Shown: positions 13,207-21,182 of the stretch, piece after piece
Position numbering within the stretch: position 1 is the first letter of the stretch
How the letters are laid out: every line of letters starts with the position of its first letter
Notes under the pieces: model-generated
What the model saw: the letters and a program-made list of their open reading frames with translations, nothing else
Told to the model about the DNA's origin: nothing
The model's database searches: none
Virus record (IMG/VR): IMGVR_UViG_3300009690_000003
Length of the DNA stretch: 35,898 nt
Source: a virus
Reading direction: 5' to 3' (one strand)
Program-made: the position numbers and the translations under genes

Positions 13207-13945
13207 TCCAAAGGATTTGGAGCAGCTGGCGCTGGGGTTAGACCTGCCCGAGCCGGAGGAAGAGGCGGGTTTAAGCCGCGATGAGGTGATGCGGATGAGT
13301 ATGGCGGCGATGCAGGCGCTGGAGGCTGGGCAGGAGACTGCTTCGCAAGCTCGCAGTGACAATAATGCTTGGTTTTCTGACTATTTGCGGCTGAAGGAGC
13401 TGGGCTTTTCGTGGCGGGTGGCGGCGTATATTGCGTGGGAAGCCAGCCCGAGGGGGTCCAGGTGGCCTGGAACCGTGGCGGAGCTGGCCACGGAGGTGTT
13501 GGGATTGAAGTCGCCGCGGGTGATTTATACCTGGCGGAAGAAGAACCCGGCGATCGATGAGATCATCTCGGTGATGCAAACGGAGCCGCTGTATGAGCAT
13601 CGGCGAGATGTGATCGAGGCGTTGATTGCTGTGGCGAGCGATCCGGATTATAAGGGGCATGCAGACCGGAAGCTGTTTTTTGAGATGATCGGGGATTATG
13701 TGCCCCGTTCGCAGGTGGACATGGGGATGAAGAAGGTCTCGGATGATGATTTGAGCGAGCTGAGTGACGAAGAGCTGCGCAGGTTGACGGAGCGGTTGAA
13801 GGATAAGGAAGCTGAAAGCTCAAAGCTGAAAGCTGATAGTGGGCCGACATCTCCTGATGTCGGCACTGCGCCGATCCCCGAAAAGGGGACTTTGAACCTT
13901 GATGGTTCTCGGCTTGAGACGGAGGACGGGCAAGAGGATGCCTGA
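13190..13945 (+). CDS. terS: Putative terminase small subunit (HTH), with repeat-derived inserts
   Basis: Lies immediately upstream of TerL. HTH-like TVAELATEVLGLKSPRVIYTWRKK. The GTG start is tentative. The C-terminal tail is encoded by heptamer and hairpin repeats. Confidence 0.5.
   Translation: MIRKNDPKDLEQLALGLDLPEPEEEAGLSRDEVMRMSMAAMQALEAGQETASQARSDNNAWFSDYLRLKELGFSWRVAAYIAWEASPRGSRWPGTVAELATEVLGLKSPRVIYTWRKKNPAIDEIISVMQTEPLYEHRRDVIEALIAVASDPDYKGHADRKLFFEMIGDYVPRSQVDMGMKKVSDDDLSELSDEELRRLTERLKDKEAESSKLKADSGPTSPDVGTAPIPEKGTLNLDGSRLETEDGQEDA
13334..13362. repeat. Degenerate copy of the GAGATTGCTTCG...CTCGCAATGACA repeat, in frame in TerS
   Basis: GAGACTGCTTCGCAAGCTCGCAGTGACAA, translated as ETASQARSDN. 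Confidence 0.65.
13811..13838. repeat. GCTGAWA heptamer array (4 units) in frame in TerS
   Basis: GCTGAAA GCTCAAA GCTGAAA GCTGATA, translated as AESSKLKADS. Confidence 0.85.
13841..13872. repeat. Covarying hairpin repeat (GGCC-stem-TCTCCTGA-stem-GCACTGCGC family), in frame in TerS
   Basis: GGGCCGACATCTCCTGATGTCGGCACTGCGCCG. Same architecture as 17113-17144, with three compensatory stem changes. Confidence 0.75.
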
Positions 13946-13981
13946 GATGTTGACGGCAATTGATCCACAGGTGGCCCAGGC

Positions 13982-14041
13982 GGGCCAGCGCCTTATGGTG
14001 CTTGGCACTGTGCTGGTGCGGCTTGAGGCCGCCCAGCTTGA
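13982..14041. repeat. 60-nt repeat, copy 1 (copy 2 at 24593-24652)
   Basis: GGGCCAGCGCCTTATGGTGCTTGGCACTGTGCTGGTGCGGCTTGAGGCCGCCCAGCTTGA fills the TerS-TerL spacer. 54/60 identical to copy 2. Confidence 0.85.
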
Positions 14042-14064
14042 GTCTGATTTACAAGGCGGTAATC

Positions 14065-15759
14065 GTGGCTGAGTTATTACAGGTCATAGATCCTGCTATT
14101 GCTCAGGCTGAGCTGGCAAAGCGGACGCTGGCCAGGCGGCACCTGGTGGATTTTTCGGAGTATGTGAGCCCATGGTATCACGGGTACCGGCATCACCGGC
14201 TGGTGGGGCTGTACCTGGAGCAAGTGGCTGATTATATCCGCAGCCGAGGGAAGGAGGGCATCGGCCGATTGATGATCACAATGCCGCCCCGGCACGGAAA
14301 GACGGAGCAGTGCTCACGGCAGTTCCCAGCATGGTTATTGGGACTGATGCCGGATACCCGGATCATTTTGACTTCGTATAACGGCGACCGGGCGAATGCG
14401 AACAGCCGCGGCGCACGTGATTTGGTGATGGACCCACGCTATGGGGCTGTGTTTGGGATGAAATCATCGGTGGATGCGCCGGTGGACCTGTCTTCTGACA
14501 GCCGGTCGGTGACGGCGTGGGACCTGGCGAACCCGCACAGAGGCGGTGTGGTGGCGGCCGGTGTGGGCGGCGGGATCACGGGTACGGGTGCGCATTTGAT
14601 GGTGGTGGATGACCCCTTGCGCGGACGTGAAGAGGCAGAGAGCCGGGCCCAGCGTGACCGCGTATGGGACTGGTGGACTTCTACGGCTTATACCCGTTTG
14701 GAGGATGGCGGCGCGGTGGTGCTGATTATGACCCGCTGGCATCCGGATGATTTGGCCGGTCGGTTGCTGCAGCAGATGGCGAGCGACCCGATGGCGGATC
14801 AGTGGCAGGTGGTGAATTTACCGGCGATATGGCCAGGTTCTCATGATCCCGCTCCGCAGGCTTCGGGGACAAGCCCTGGCACTTCGCTGGAGCGGGTTGA
14901 GCCCGCCCAGCTTCGGCAGGGGGACGGGGAACCGATACCCTCACGGGCACAGGCGACGGGTGACAGGGGAGATTGCTTCGCTTCGCTCGCAATGACAGAA
15001 GAAGAAGATCCCTGGCCGGTGCATTTCAGGGATATGCTGTTGAACGGGGTGTGGGTGCAAAAAGAGGATCCGTTGGGACGGAAGCCGGGCGAGGCGTTAT
15101 GGCCGGAGAAGTATTCTGAGGAGGATTTACTGCGGATCCAGACGAATGTGGGTGCGCATGATTGGATTTCGCTGTATCAGCAGAGCCCGATCCAGCGTGA
15201 GGGGGCGATGTTCAAGCCGGAGTGGGTGGACGTTGTTGACCGGATCCCAGGCAAGGTGATCGCCCGAGTGCGGTACTGGGATAAGGCCGGGACGGAGGGG
15301 GGCGGCGACTATTCAGCTGGCGTGTTGATGGCGATGACGAATGATAAGCATTTTTACATCGAGCATGTGAAGCGGGAGCAGCTGAGTTTTTATGTGCGCA
15401 ACCAAACGATGGCCAAGATGATCGATGCTGATGGGGAACGGGAAGGGCCGGTGGTGAAGACTTACCAGGAGGTGGAGCCCGGGGCAGCCGGTAAGGAAGC
15501 GGCAGCCAACACGGTGAAAGAGATGCAGGGCCGTGGGATTATCGCTGACCCAGTGGGCAATAAGAGTAAAGACGTGCGTGCGATGGCGCTTTCGACAGCC
15601 TGCGAGGCCGGTCTGGTGCACCTGGTGCGTGCGGAATGGAATCAAAAATTTATGGAAGAGCTGATGATGTTCCCGAAGGGCGTGCACGACGACCAGGTGG
15701 ATGCGGCTGCGGGTGCATATAACAAACTGGCCCGAGGCGGAAGGAGCGGCGTATTTTAA
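14065..15759 (+). CDS. terL: Terminase large subunit
   Basis: Walker A-like MPPRHGKT, Walker B-like HLMVVDDP, MTRWHPDDL. C-terminal nuclease region with the conserved pattern GVHDDQVDA. The GTG at 14065 was chosen because the upstream in-frame stretch is repeat DNA. Confidence 0.85.
   Translation: MAELLQVIDPAIAQAELAKRTLARRHLVDFSEYVSPWYHGYRHHRLVGLYLEQVADYIRSRGKEGIGRLMITMPPRHGKTEQCSRQFPAWLLGLMPDTRIILTSYNGDRANANSRGARDLVMDPRYGAVFGMKSSVDAPVDLSSDSRSVTAWDLANPHRGGVVAAGVGGGITGTGAHLMVVDDPLRGREEAESRAQRDRVWDWWTSTAYTRLEDGGAVVLIMTRWHPDDLAGRLLQQMASDPMADQWQVVNLPAIWPGSHDPAPQASGTSPGTSLERVEPAQLRQGDGEPIPSRAQATGDRGDCFASLAMTEEEDPWPVHFRDMLLNGVWVQKEDPLGRKPGEALWPEKYSEEDLLRIQTNVGAHDWISLYQQSPIQREGAMFKPEWVDVVDRIPGKVIARVRYWDKAGTEGGGDYSAGVLMAMTNDKHFYIEHVKREQLSFYVRNQTMAKMIDADGEREGPVVKTYQEVEPGAAGKEAAANTVKEMQGRGIIADPVGNKSKDVRAMALSTACEAGLVHLVRAEWNQKFMEELMMFPKGVHDDQVDAAAGAYNKLARGGRSGVF
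14830..15000. repeat. Composite in-frame insertion of four repeat modules inside TerL
   Basis: TGGCACTTCGCTGGAGCGGGTTGAGCCCGCCCAGCTT (14877-13, as in 24612-24650). ACCCTCACGGGCACAGGCGAC (14936-14957, as in 26686-26706). GAGATTGCTTCGCTTCGCTCGCAATGACA (14969-14997, identical to 26644-26672). Confidence 0.8.
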
Positions 15760-17927
15760 TGGCACGACAGAAGCGCAGCACTTTTTTGGAGACGGTGACG
15801 CGATGGGTCAAGACGATCAGCCCGCGCAAGTATGCGATCACATCGATCAGCTCAAACGGGGTGGAAGTGACCCGTTTGGTGGACTTCAACACGTATTGCG
15901 AAGAGGGTTATAAACGCAACGCGGTGGTGTATTCGGCGGTGCGTGAGATCGCGAGGACGGCACCGAGCGCACGGCTGCAGGTGCATAAGCGGCTGGGGCA
16001 GGGGCAGACGGAAATCCAGGAAGATAACCCGATCCAGGACCTGCTGGACTTTCCGAACCCATGGCAGAGCCATTATGACTTTTTGGAGACGCTGATCACG
16101 TATTTGAACCTGGACGGGAACGCGTACATCATCCGAGAACGAGAAGGTGTTAATACAAAAGCGATGTGGCTGCCGAGGCCGGATTTGATGTCGGCCGTGG
16201 TGGACGGGAAAAAGTCGATCTTTGAGGCAAACGCTCTCTTGGGTTATGCCTATATCACGCAGACGGGCGAAAAGCTGTATTTTTTGCCGGAGGACGTGAT
16301 CCACATCAAGTACCCGAACCCGAATGATCCGCACGGCGGGATGGGAAGAGGGCATCCGCCATTGATGGCTGCGGCCGCTGATGCGGATAATGACAATAAT
16401 CAGACCACGTTTATCAAGCAGTTTTTCAAAAACGGCGCGGTGCCATCTGGCATTATTAAATCGAAGAATATTTTGGATGATGGCGAGGTGAGGCGGATCC
16501 AGAGCCGGATCGGAGAGCAGTATTCTGGTGAGGCTAACTGGCACAAGGTGATGGTGCTGGATGCGGATGCGGAGTACCAGCAGACGGGATTGAACCTGGA
16601 CCAGATGGTATTTCCGGACCTACGGGCGATTTCTGAGACAAGGATCTGTGCAGCTTTCAAGGTACCGCCGGTGCTGATTGGCGTGAAGGCCGGGTTGGAT
16701 GCGGCCACATATTCAAACTATGCGCTGGCCAGGCGGGCACTGTGGGAGGACAACATCATCCCGACAACGACGAAGCTGGCCGAAGCGCTGACCCGGGCAT
16801 TATCGGATGAGATGGATGAAGACGTGATCATCGTGGCGGATTACAGCAACGTGGTGGCGCTGCAGGATGACCGCACGAACCGATTTGCCAGGGCAAACCA
16901 GGCGGTGATTGGCGGATGGATCACGGTTAATGAGGCGAGGCGTGAGGTGGGTTTGGGCCCGCTGCCGATGGGTGTGGGCGATGTGCTGTACCGGCCGCTG
17001 ATGAGCGAGGCGGTGGATGATGGGGCGGGAGATGCGAGTAGGAAGATGACCCCTCTCCTAACCTCTCCCCTAAAGGAGAGAGGAATAAAAAAAACAGATG
17101 GTTCTTCAGTTTGGCCAGCGTCTCCTGACGCTGGCACTTCGCTGATGCAGCTTGATGCTGCTTCAGCTTGGAAGGCGTTTGATCGGGTGGCGAGGAAATG
17201 GGAGGGGCAGTTCAAGCGGACTGCGGCCAGGCTGTTCGAGGAGGAAGAGCGCGAGATCGAGGGGCGGATCAACGGGATGAAGGGCAAGTCGATCAAGGCG
17301 ATTGATTTTGAAGCGATTTTGACGGCGATTGCGACCTTCATGGCGGTTGAATCGGTGAAGAAATGGCAGACGGAATTTTTACCGCTGATGATGGGACTGA
17401 TGCAAGAGCAGCTGAGCGCATGGATTGGCTCGGTGGGGATCGACTGGGATATTGAAAACCCGGCGGTGGCCGATTTTATCCGGAGCCACTCGTTTGCATT
17501 TGCGCAGCGGATCAGCGATACGACGATGGAAGATGTGAAGCGGCTGATTTTGGCCGCACAGGGTGAGGGCTGGTCCACGGTGCGGCTGATGGATGAGCTG
17601 AAGGCGGTGTATGGCGGCTGGTCTGACCTGCGGGCGGAGATGATTGCGCGGAGCGAGACGATCCGGAGTTCGAACGCAGGACTGGTGGAGGGGTATAAGC
17701 AGAACGGGATCACGCAGATCGAGTGGTATGCGGCATTGGATGAACGTCTGTGCCCGTTTTGCAATGAGATGCACGGGAAGCAGATTGCGATTGGCGAGGC
17801 GTGGTTTGAGGGCGGGAGCGAGATGTATGTGGGCCAGGAACGGCTGGTGATGGATTATGGCGATGTGTACTGGCCGCCGCTGCACCCGAACTGCCGGTGT
17901 GTGATGCAGCCGGTGATTGGTGATTAG
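15759..17927 (+). CDS. Portal protein fused to a MuF / SPP1 gp7-like head morphogenesis domain
   Basis: The N-terminal ~430 aa are portal-like. The C-terminal part (AADFIRSHSFAFAQRIS...ARSETIRSSNAG...LDERLCPFC...HPNCRC) is the MuF minor head protein signature. TAATG overlap with TerL. Confidence 0.8.
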   Translation: MARQKRSTFLETVTRWVKTISPRKYAITSISSNGVEVTRLVDFNTYCEEGYKRNAVVYSAVREIARTAPSARLQVHKRLGQGQTEIQEDNPIQDLLDFPNPWQSHYDFLETLITYLNLDGNAYIIREREGVNTKAMWLPRPDLMSAVVDGKKSIFEANALLGYAYITQTGEKLYFLPEDVIHIKYPNPNDPHGGMGRGHPPLMAAAADADNDNNQTTFIKQFFKNGAVPSGIIKSKNILDDGEVRRIQSRIGEQYSGEANWHKVMVLDADAEYQQTGLNLDQMVFPDLRAISETRICAAFKVPPVLIGVKAGLDAATYSNYALARRALWEDNIIPTTTKLAEALTRALSDEMDEDVIIVADYSNVVALQDDRTNRFARANQAVIGGWITVNEARREVGLGPLPMGVGDVLYRPLMSEAVDDGAGDASRKMTPLLTSPLKERGIKKTDGSSVWPASPDAGTSLMQLDAASAWKAFDRVARKWEGQFKRTAARLFEEEEREIEGRINGMKGKSIKAIDFEAILTAIATFMAVESVKKWQTEFLPLMMGLMQEQLSAWIGSVGIDWDIENPAVADFIRSHSFAFAQRISDTTMEDVKRLILAAQGEGWSTVRLMDELKAVYGGWSDLRAEMIARSETIRSSNAGLVEGYKQNGITQIEWYAALDERLCPFCNEMHGKQIAIGEAWFEGGSEMYVGQERLVMDYGDVYWPPLHPNCRCVMQPVIGD
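17051..17144. repeat. In-frame repeat insertion in the portal-MuF linker (C-rich hairpin copy 2 plus covarying hairpin)
   Basis: CCCTCTCCTAACCTCTCCCCTAAAGGAGAGAGG is read as PLLTSPLKERG, with the TAA out of frame. GGCCAGCGTCTCCTGACGCTGGCACTTCGCTG lies at 17113-17144. Confidence 0.8.
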
Positions 17928-17964
17928 AAGGGCAGACACGGAGGTCTGCCCCTACGGAGGGATT

Positions 17965-18681
17965 ATGGATAACAAACAGATGACGACAAAAATATTTCCG
18001 AGCTTTACAAAGAGCATGGATGCTGAGACGGGGATCGTGGAGGCGTATGTGAGCCTGATGGGGATCAAAGACCTGGACAGCCCACCGGATGTGATCCAGA
18101 TGGGGGCGTTTGCGAAGACGATCCAGGAGCGCGGCCCGCAGGGAGCACGTAAGATCCGGGTTTTGCACCAACACAAGTGGGACCGGGTTATCGGGACCCC
18201 GCTGACGCTGGTGGAGCACACCCGCGATATGCTGCCACCTGAGCTGCTGGCGCTGTATCCGGAGGCCACGGGCGGGCTTTTTGCCCGGACGCAGTTTGTG
18301 ATGGATGTGCAGCAGGGCAGAGAAACGTATGCGCTGTATAAGGCCGGTGCGATGGATGAATGGTCGATCGGGTTTGATACGCTGCAGTTTGAGTACCTGA
18401 AGAGCGAGGAAGAGGATACTTATCGGATTTTGAAGGAGCTGAAGCTGTGGGAGTATTCGCCGGTGACGTGGGGGATGAACCCGGCGACGGTGACGACGGC
18501 GGTTAAAGCGGATAGCTCAAAGCTGATAGCTGATAGTAAAGAAGAAGATGATGATGAAACTAACTCGGATGGTGGTGCCGAGCCGCATGAAGATGCACTC
18601 ACACCAACCAGGGAGATGGCGATGAAACTTAAACAATTAGAAATTGATCTGGCGATGGCCAGACTACGGAGGTTGAAATGA
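17965..18681 (+). CDS. HK97-family prohead protease
   Basis: Sits between portal and capsid. Matches the S78-like pattern (VLHQHKWDRVIG, EWSIGF, LWEYSPVTWGMNP). GGAGGG RBS. Confidence 0.8.
   Translation: MDNKQMTTKIFPSFTKSMDAETGIVEAYVSLMGIKDLDSPPDVIQMGAFAKTIQERGPQGARKIRVLHQHKWDRVIGTPLTLVEHTRDMLPPELLALYPEATGGLFARTQFVMDVQQGRETYALYKAGAMDEWSIGFDTLQFEYLKSEEEDTYRILKELKLWEYSPVTWGMNPATVTTAVKADSSKLIADSKEEDDDETNSDGGAEPHEDALTPTREMAMKLKQLEIDLAMARLRRLK
18515..18535. repeat. GCTGAWA heptamer array (3 units) in frame in the protease C-terminal tail
   Basis: GCTCAAA GCTGATA GCTGATA, translated as SSKLIADS. Confidence 0.85.
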
Positions 18682-19955
18682 ATAATGCTTTTGATCGAAA
18701 AACACTGGACGAGAAGTACCGCGAGGCGTCACAGATTTTAGCTCGGGCCAAGGAGCTGATGGCCAGTGAGATGACCGACACTCAACAGGAGCAGGTGAAC
18801 GCTTACCTGCAGCAGGCCGAACAAATCCAAAAAGAGGCCGAACGGGCCGAGAAGCTGATGCAGCTCGAGCAGGAAACTGCGGAACGGATGGCCAAAGCAC
18901 AGCTGGCGGCTGAGAAGGAAAGTTTGCGAAGGAAGACCGAGGAAGCCGGGTTTGAGCGCTTTTCCGATTATGTGAAGGCGATGAACGACTGGTACACCAA
19001 GCACGCCCATGACCCACGACTGGAGAAATTGCTGGTCACTAAGGCTATGGCGGGAGAGATCGGCGTGGACGGCGGGTTTTTGATCCCTGAAGCGCCACTT
19101 GGCAACCTGTTGCAAACACGGGCAGAGGCGAGCTTCATGCGCCCGCGTGCACGGATCGTCCCGATGGGATCGCGTTCGGTGCCCTTCCCAGCAGTGGATT
19201 ACTCACTGGCCCAAGCCGGGGTGAGCGGGTTCTTTGGTGGGGTGCGCACATACTACACCGAAGAAAATGTCGACATTACGGCCAGCGAACCATCTTTTAA
19301 GATGATTGAGCTGAAGGCCAAGGAACTGGCTGGCTATACTGAGATCCCCAACGGTCTGTTGCGGGATTCAGCGATTTCGGTTGAGGCTTTCCTGGCTGGT
19401 CCGGGCAGCTTTGGCGGTGCGTTGGGCTGGCAAGAGGACTATGACTCGCTGAACGGAACGGGTGGGGGTCGTCCGTTGGGTATTTTGAACGCTCCTGCAA
19501 CAGCCACTGTAAGCCGGAACACAGCATCTAAATTCAAATTTGTGGATGCGGTGTCGATGGCGAGCAAGGTTATTTTGAGCGGTTCACCCATCTGGCTGAT
19601 GAGCCAGACTGTGATGCCGCAGTTGTTCCAAATGATCGATGGCGCTTCGGGTCAGATCTGGCAGCCGAATGCGGCAGCAGGCCCCGCCACGACATTACTG
19701 GGATGGCCAATCATCTTTACCGAAAAACTGCCGGTGCTGGGCACTGAAGGTGATGTGTGTCTGATCGATTACAGCTGGTACCTGTGGGGTGATCGACAGG
19801 CGGTGACAATGGACATCAGCCGTGAGCACAAGTTCCGGACGAACCAGACAGTGTTCCGGGCAGTTGAAGCGATCGACGGCCAACCCTGGCTGGATAGCAA
19901 AATTAAATTAGCTGATGGTGCCACCGAGGTAAGCCCCTTCGTGGTGTTGAGCTAA
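18678..19955 (+). CDS. HK97-family major capsid protein
   Basis: About 100-aa coiled-coil delta-like N-terminus followed by a capsid fold-sized body. ATGA overlap with the protease gene. Confidence 0.85.
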   Translation: MNNAFDRKTLDEKYREASQILARAKELMASEMTDTQQEQVNAYLQQAEQIQKEAERAEKLMQLEQETAERMAKAQLAAEKESLRRKTEEAGFERFSDYVKAMNDWYTKHAHDPRLEKLLVTKAMAGEIGVDGGFLIPEAPLGNLLQTRAEASFMRPRARIVPMGSRSVPFPAVDYSLAQAGVSGFFGGVRTYYTEENVDITASEPSFKMIELKAKELAGYTEIPNGLLRDSAISVEAFLAGPGSFGGALGWQEDYDSLNGTGGGRPLGILNAPATATVSRNTASKFKFVDAVSMASKVILSGSPIWLMSQTVMPQLFQMIDGASGQIWQPNAAAGPATTLLGWPIIFTEKLPVLGTEGDVCLIDYSWYLWGDRQAVTMDISREHKFRTNQTVFRAVEAIDGQPWLDSKIKLADGATEVSPFVVLS

Positions 19956-19957
19956 CA

Positions 19958-19990
19958 CCCCCTTCCTACCCTCCCCTTTTAGGGGGAGGG
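19958..19990. repeat. C-rich hairpin repeat, copy 3
   Basis: CCCCCTTCCTACCCTCCCC TTTTA GGGGGAGGG, starting 2 nt after the capsid TAA. Confidence 0.8.
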
Positions 19991-20021
19991 GGGAATGAAT
20001 TAGAAAAAGTGAGGTTTTGAA

Positions 20022-20462
20022 ATGGCAACAATATTTACTGAAAAAGTGGCGGTTCTGGGTGCTATTGACCCCGGTGCCCATGGGACAGGCACGCTGGGGA
20101 CTGGTTATGTCGATATGAAGCAGTTTGATCAATTGGCGTTTGTTGTGCAGGTGGGCGTATTTGCAAGCGGCGCCAAGGTTGATTTTAAGCTGCAGGAAGC
20201 GACGAGTGCCGCCGGGGCAGGTGTGCAGGACCTGAGCGGTAAGGCGATCACCCAACTGACGGCCGCAGGAACAGACGATGATAAGCAGGTGATCGTGGTG
20301 GTGAAGGCGTCCGAGCTGAGTGATGGCTATCGCTTTGTACGCGGTCTGATGACGATCAGTGTGGATGCAGTTGATTCATGCGTGCTGGTGCTGGGTGCAG
20401 ACCCACGCTATATGCCCGCCAGCAATTTCGATGTGTCAACGGTTGATGAGATCGTCTATTAG
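20022..20462 (+). CDS. Putative head decoration / auxiliary capsid protein
   Basis: Assigned by position next to the capsid gene. Beta-rich 146-aa protein. Confidence 0.4.
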   Translation: MATIFTEKVAVLGAIDPGAHGTGTLGTGYVDMKQFDQLAFVVQVGVFASGAKVDFKLQEATSAAGAGVQDLSGKAITQLTAAGTDDDKQVIVVVKASELSDGYRFVRGLMTISVDAVDSCVLVLGADPRYMPASNFDVSTVDEIVY

Positions 20463-20487
20463 GCCGATCTTTTAGAATCTTTATGAA

Positions 20488-20518
20488 CCTGGGCGGCATG
20501 ACCTCTTAGCCGCCCAGG
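20488..20518 (+). terminator. GC-rich hairpin after the decoration-like gene (no clear T tract)
   Basis: CCTGGGCGGC ...12 nt... GCCGCCCAGG. Confidence 0.35.
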
Positions 20519-20531
20519 TGGTGACAAACGT

Positions 20532-21182
20532 ATGAAAAACGTCTATGAATTGGCTGGGAAATATCGCGGTGCGGACATATGGATCGTGGCAGCTGGCCCC
20601 ACAATGGATTATGTGGATCCGACATTTTTTGAGAATAAGATCACGATCGGGGTGAACCAGGTATTTCGGCGCTTCAGGACGGACTACCTGTTGCGCAAAG
20701 AGACCGCGATGTTTGATGAAGCAGACCAGACTGGCATCCCTTTGATAGCAAGCCGCTATAACTGTGCAACTTTCCGCATGGGGTTGAACCCACCACCGGA
20801 TTATGTATTTGACCATGCGAATAACGGATTAACAAACATCGATCTGAGCGTGATCGAGCAGGGAAGCAGAAAGATTGTAGTGAGTTACAGCACGATCACG
20901 AGTGCGATGCACGTGGCTGCCGTGATGGGCGCAGCGAACATCATTCTTTGCGGCCATGACTGCGGCACTCTGGACGGACGGACTCGAATGGGTGCGTATA
21001 TGACCCAGGACGAGGAGATGGTTGATAATGCCCGACGAGGAAAAGATTACCGCTTGTGGCTGGGAGAGATCCTACCGCAAACAATGTCTGTGCGAAATAA
21101 GCTAATCGAGGTGTTTGGATGCCGGGTATACAGTTTAAACCCGTTTGTTGGGTTAAAAATGGAAGGACATGAGATTGGATAA
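20532..21182 (+). CDS. Glycosyltransferase-like protein (DUF115/Maf or CstII-like N-terminal signature)
   Basis: ADIWIVAAGPTMDYV...ITIGVNQVF resembles the xxAGNGPSL...CNQ motif of GT42/DUF115 enzymes. A later CGHDCG is present. The assignment is weak. Confidence 0.4.
   Translation: MKNVYELAGKYRGADIWIVAAGPTMDYVDPTFFENKITIGVNQVFRRFRTDYLLRKETAMFDEADQTGIPLIASRYNCATFRMGLNPPPDYVFDHANNGLTNIDLSVIEQGSRKIVVSYSTITSAMHVAAVMGAANIILCGHDCGTLDGRTRMGAYMTQDEEMVDNARRGKDYRLWLGEILPQTMSVRNKLIEVFGCRVYSLNPFVGLKMEGHEIG

Noticed and set aside
13960-14064. N-terminal extension of the TerL ORF (MIHRWPRRASALWCLALCWCGLRPPSLSL...).
   Set aside because: It is encoded by the 60-nt dispersed repeat that is intergenic at 24593-24652. 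TerL-like sequence begins only after the GTG at 14065.
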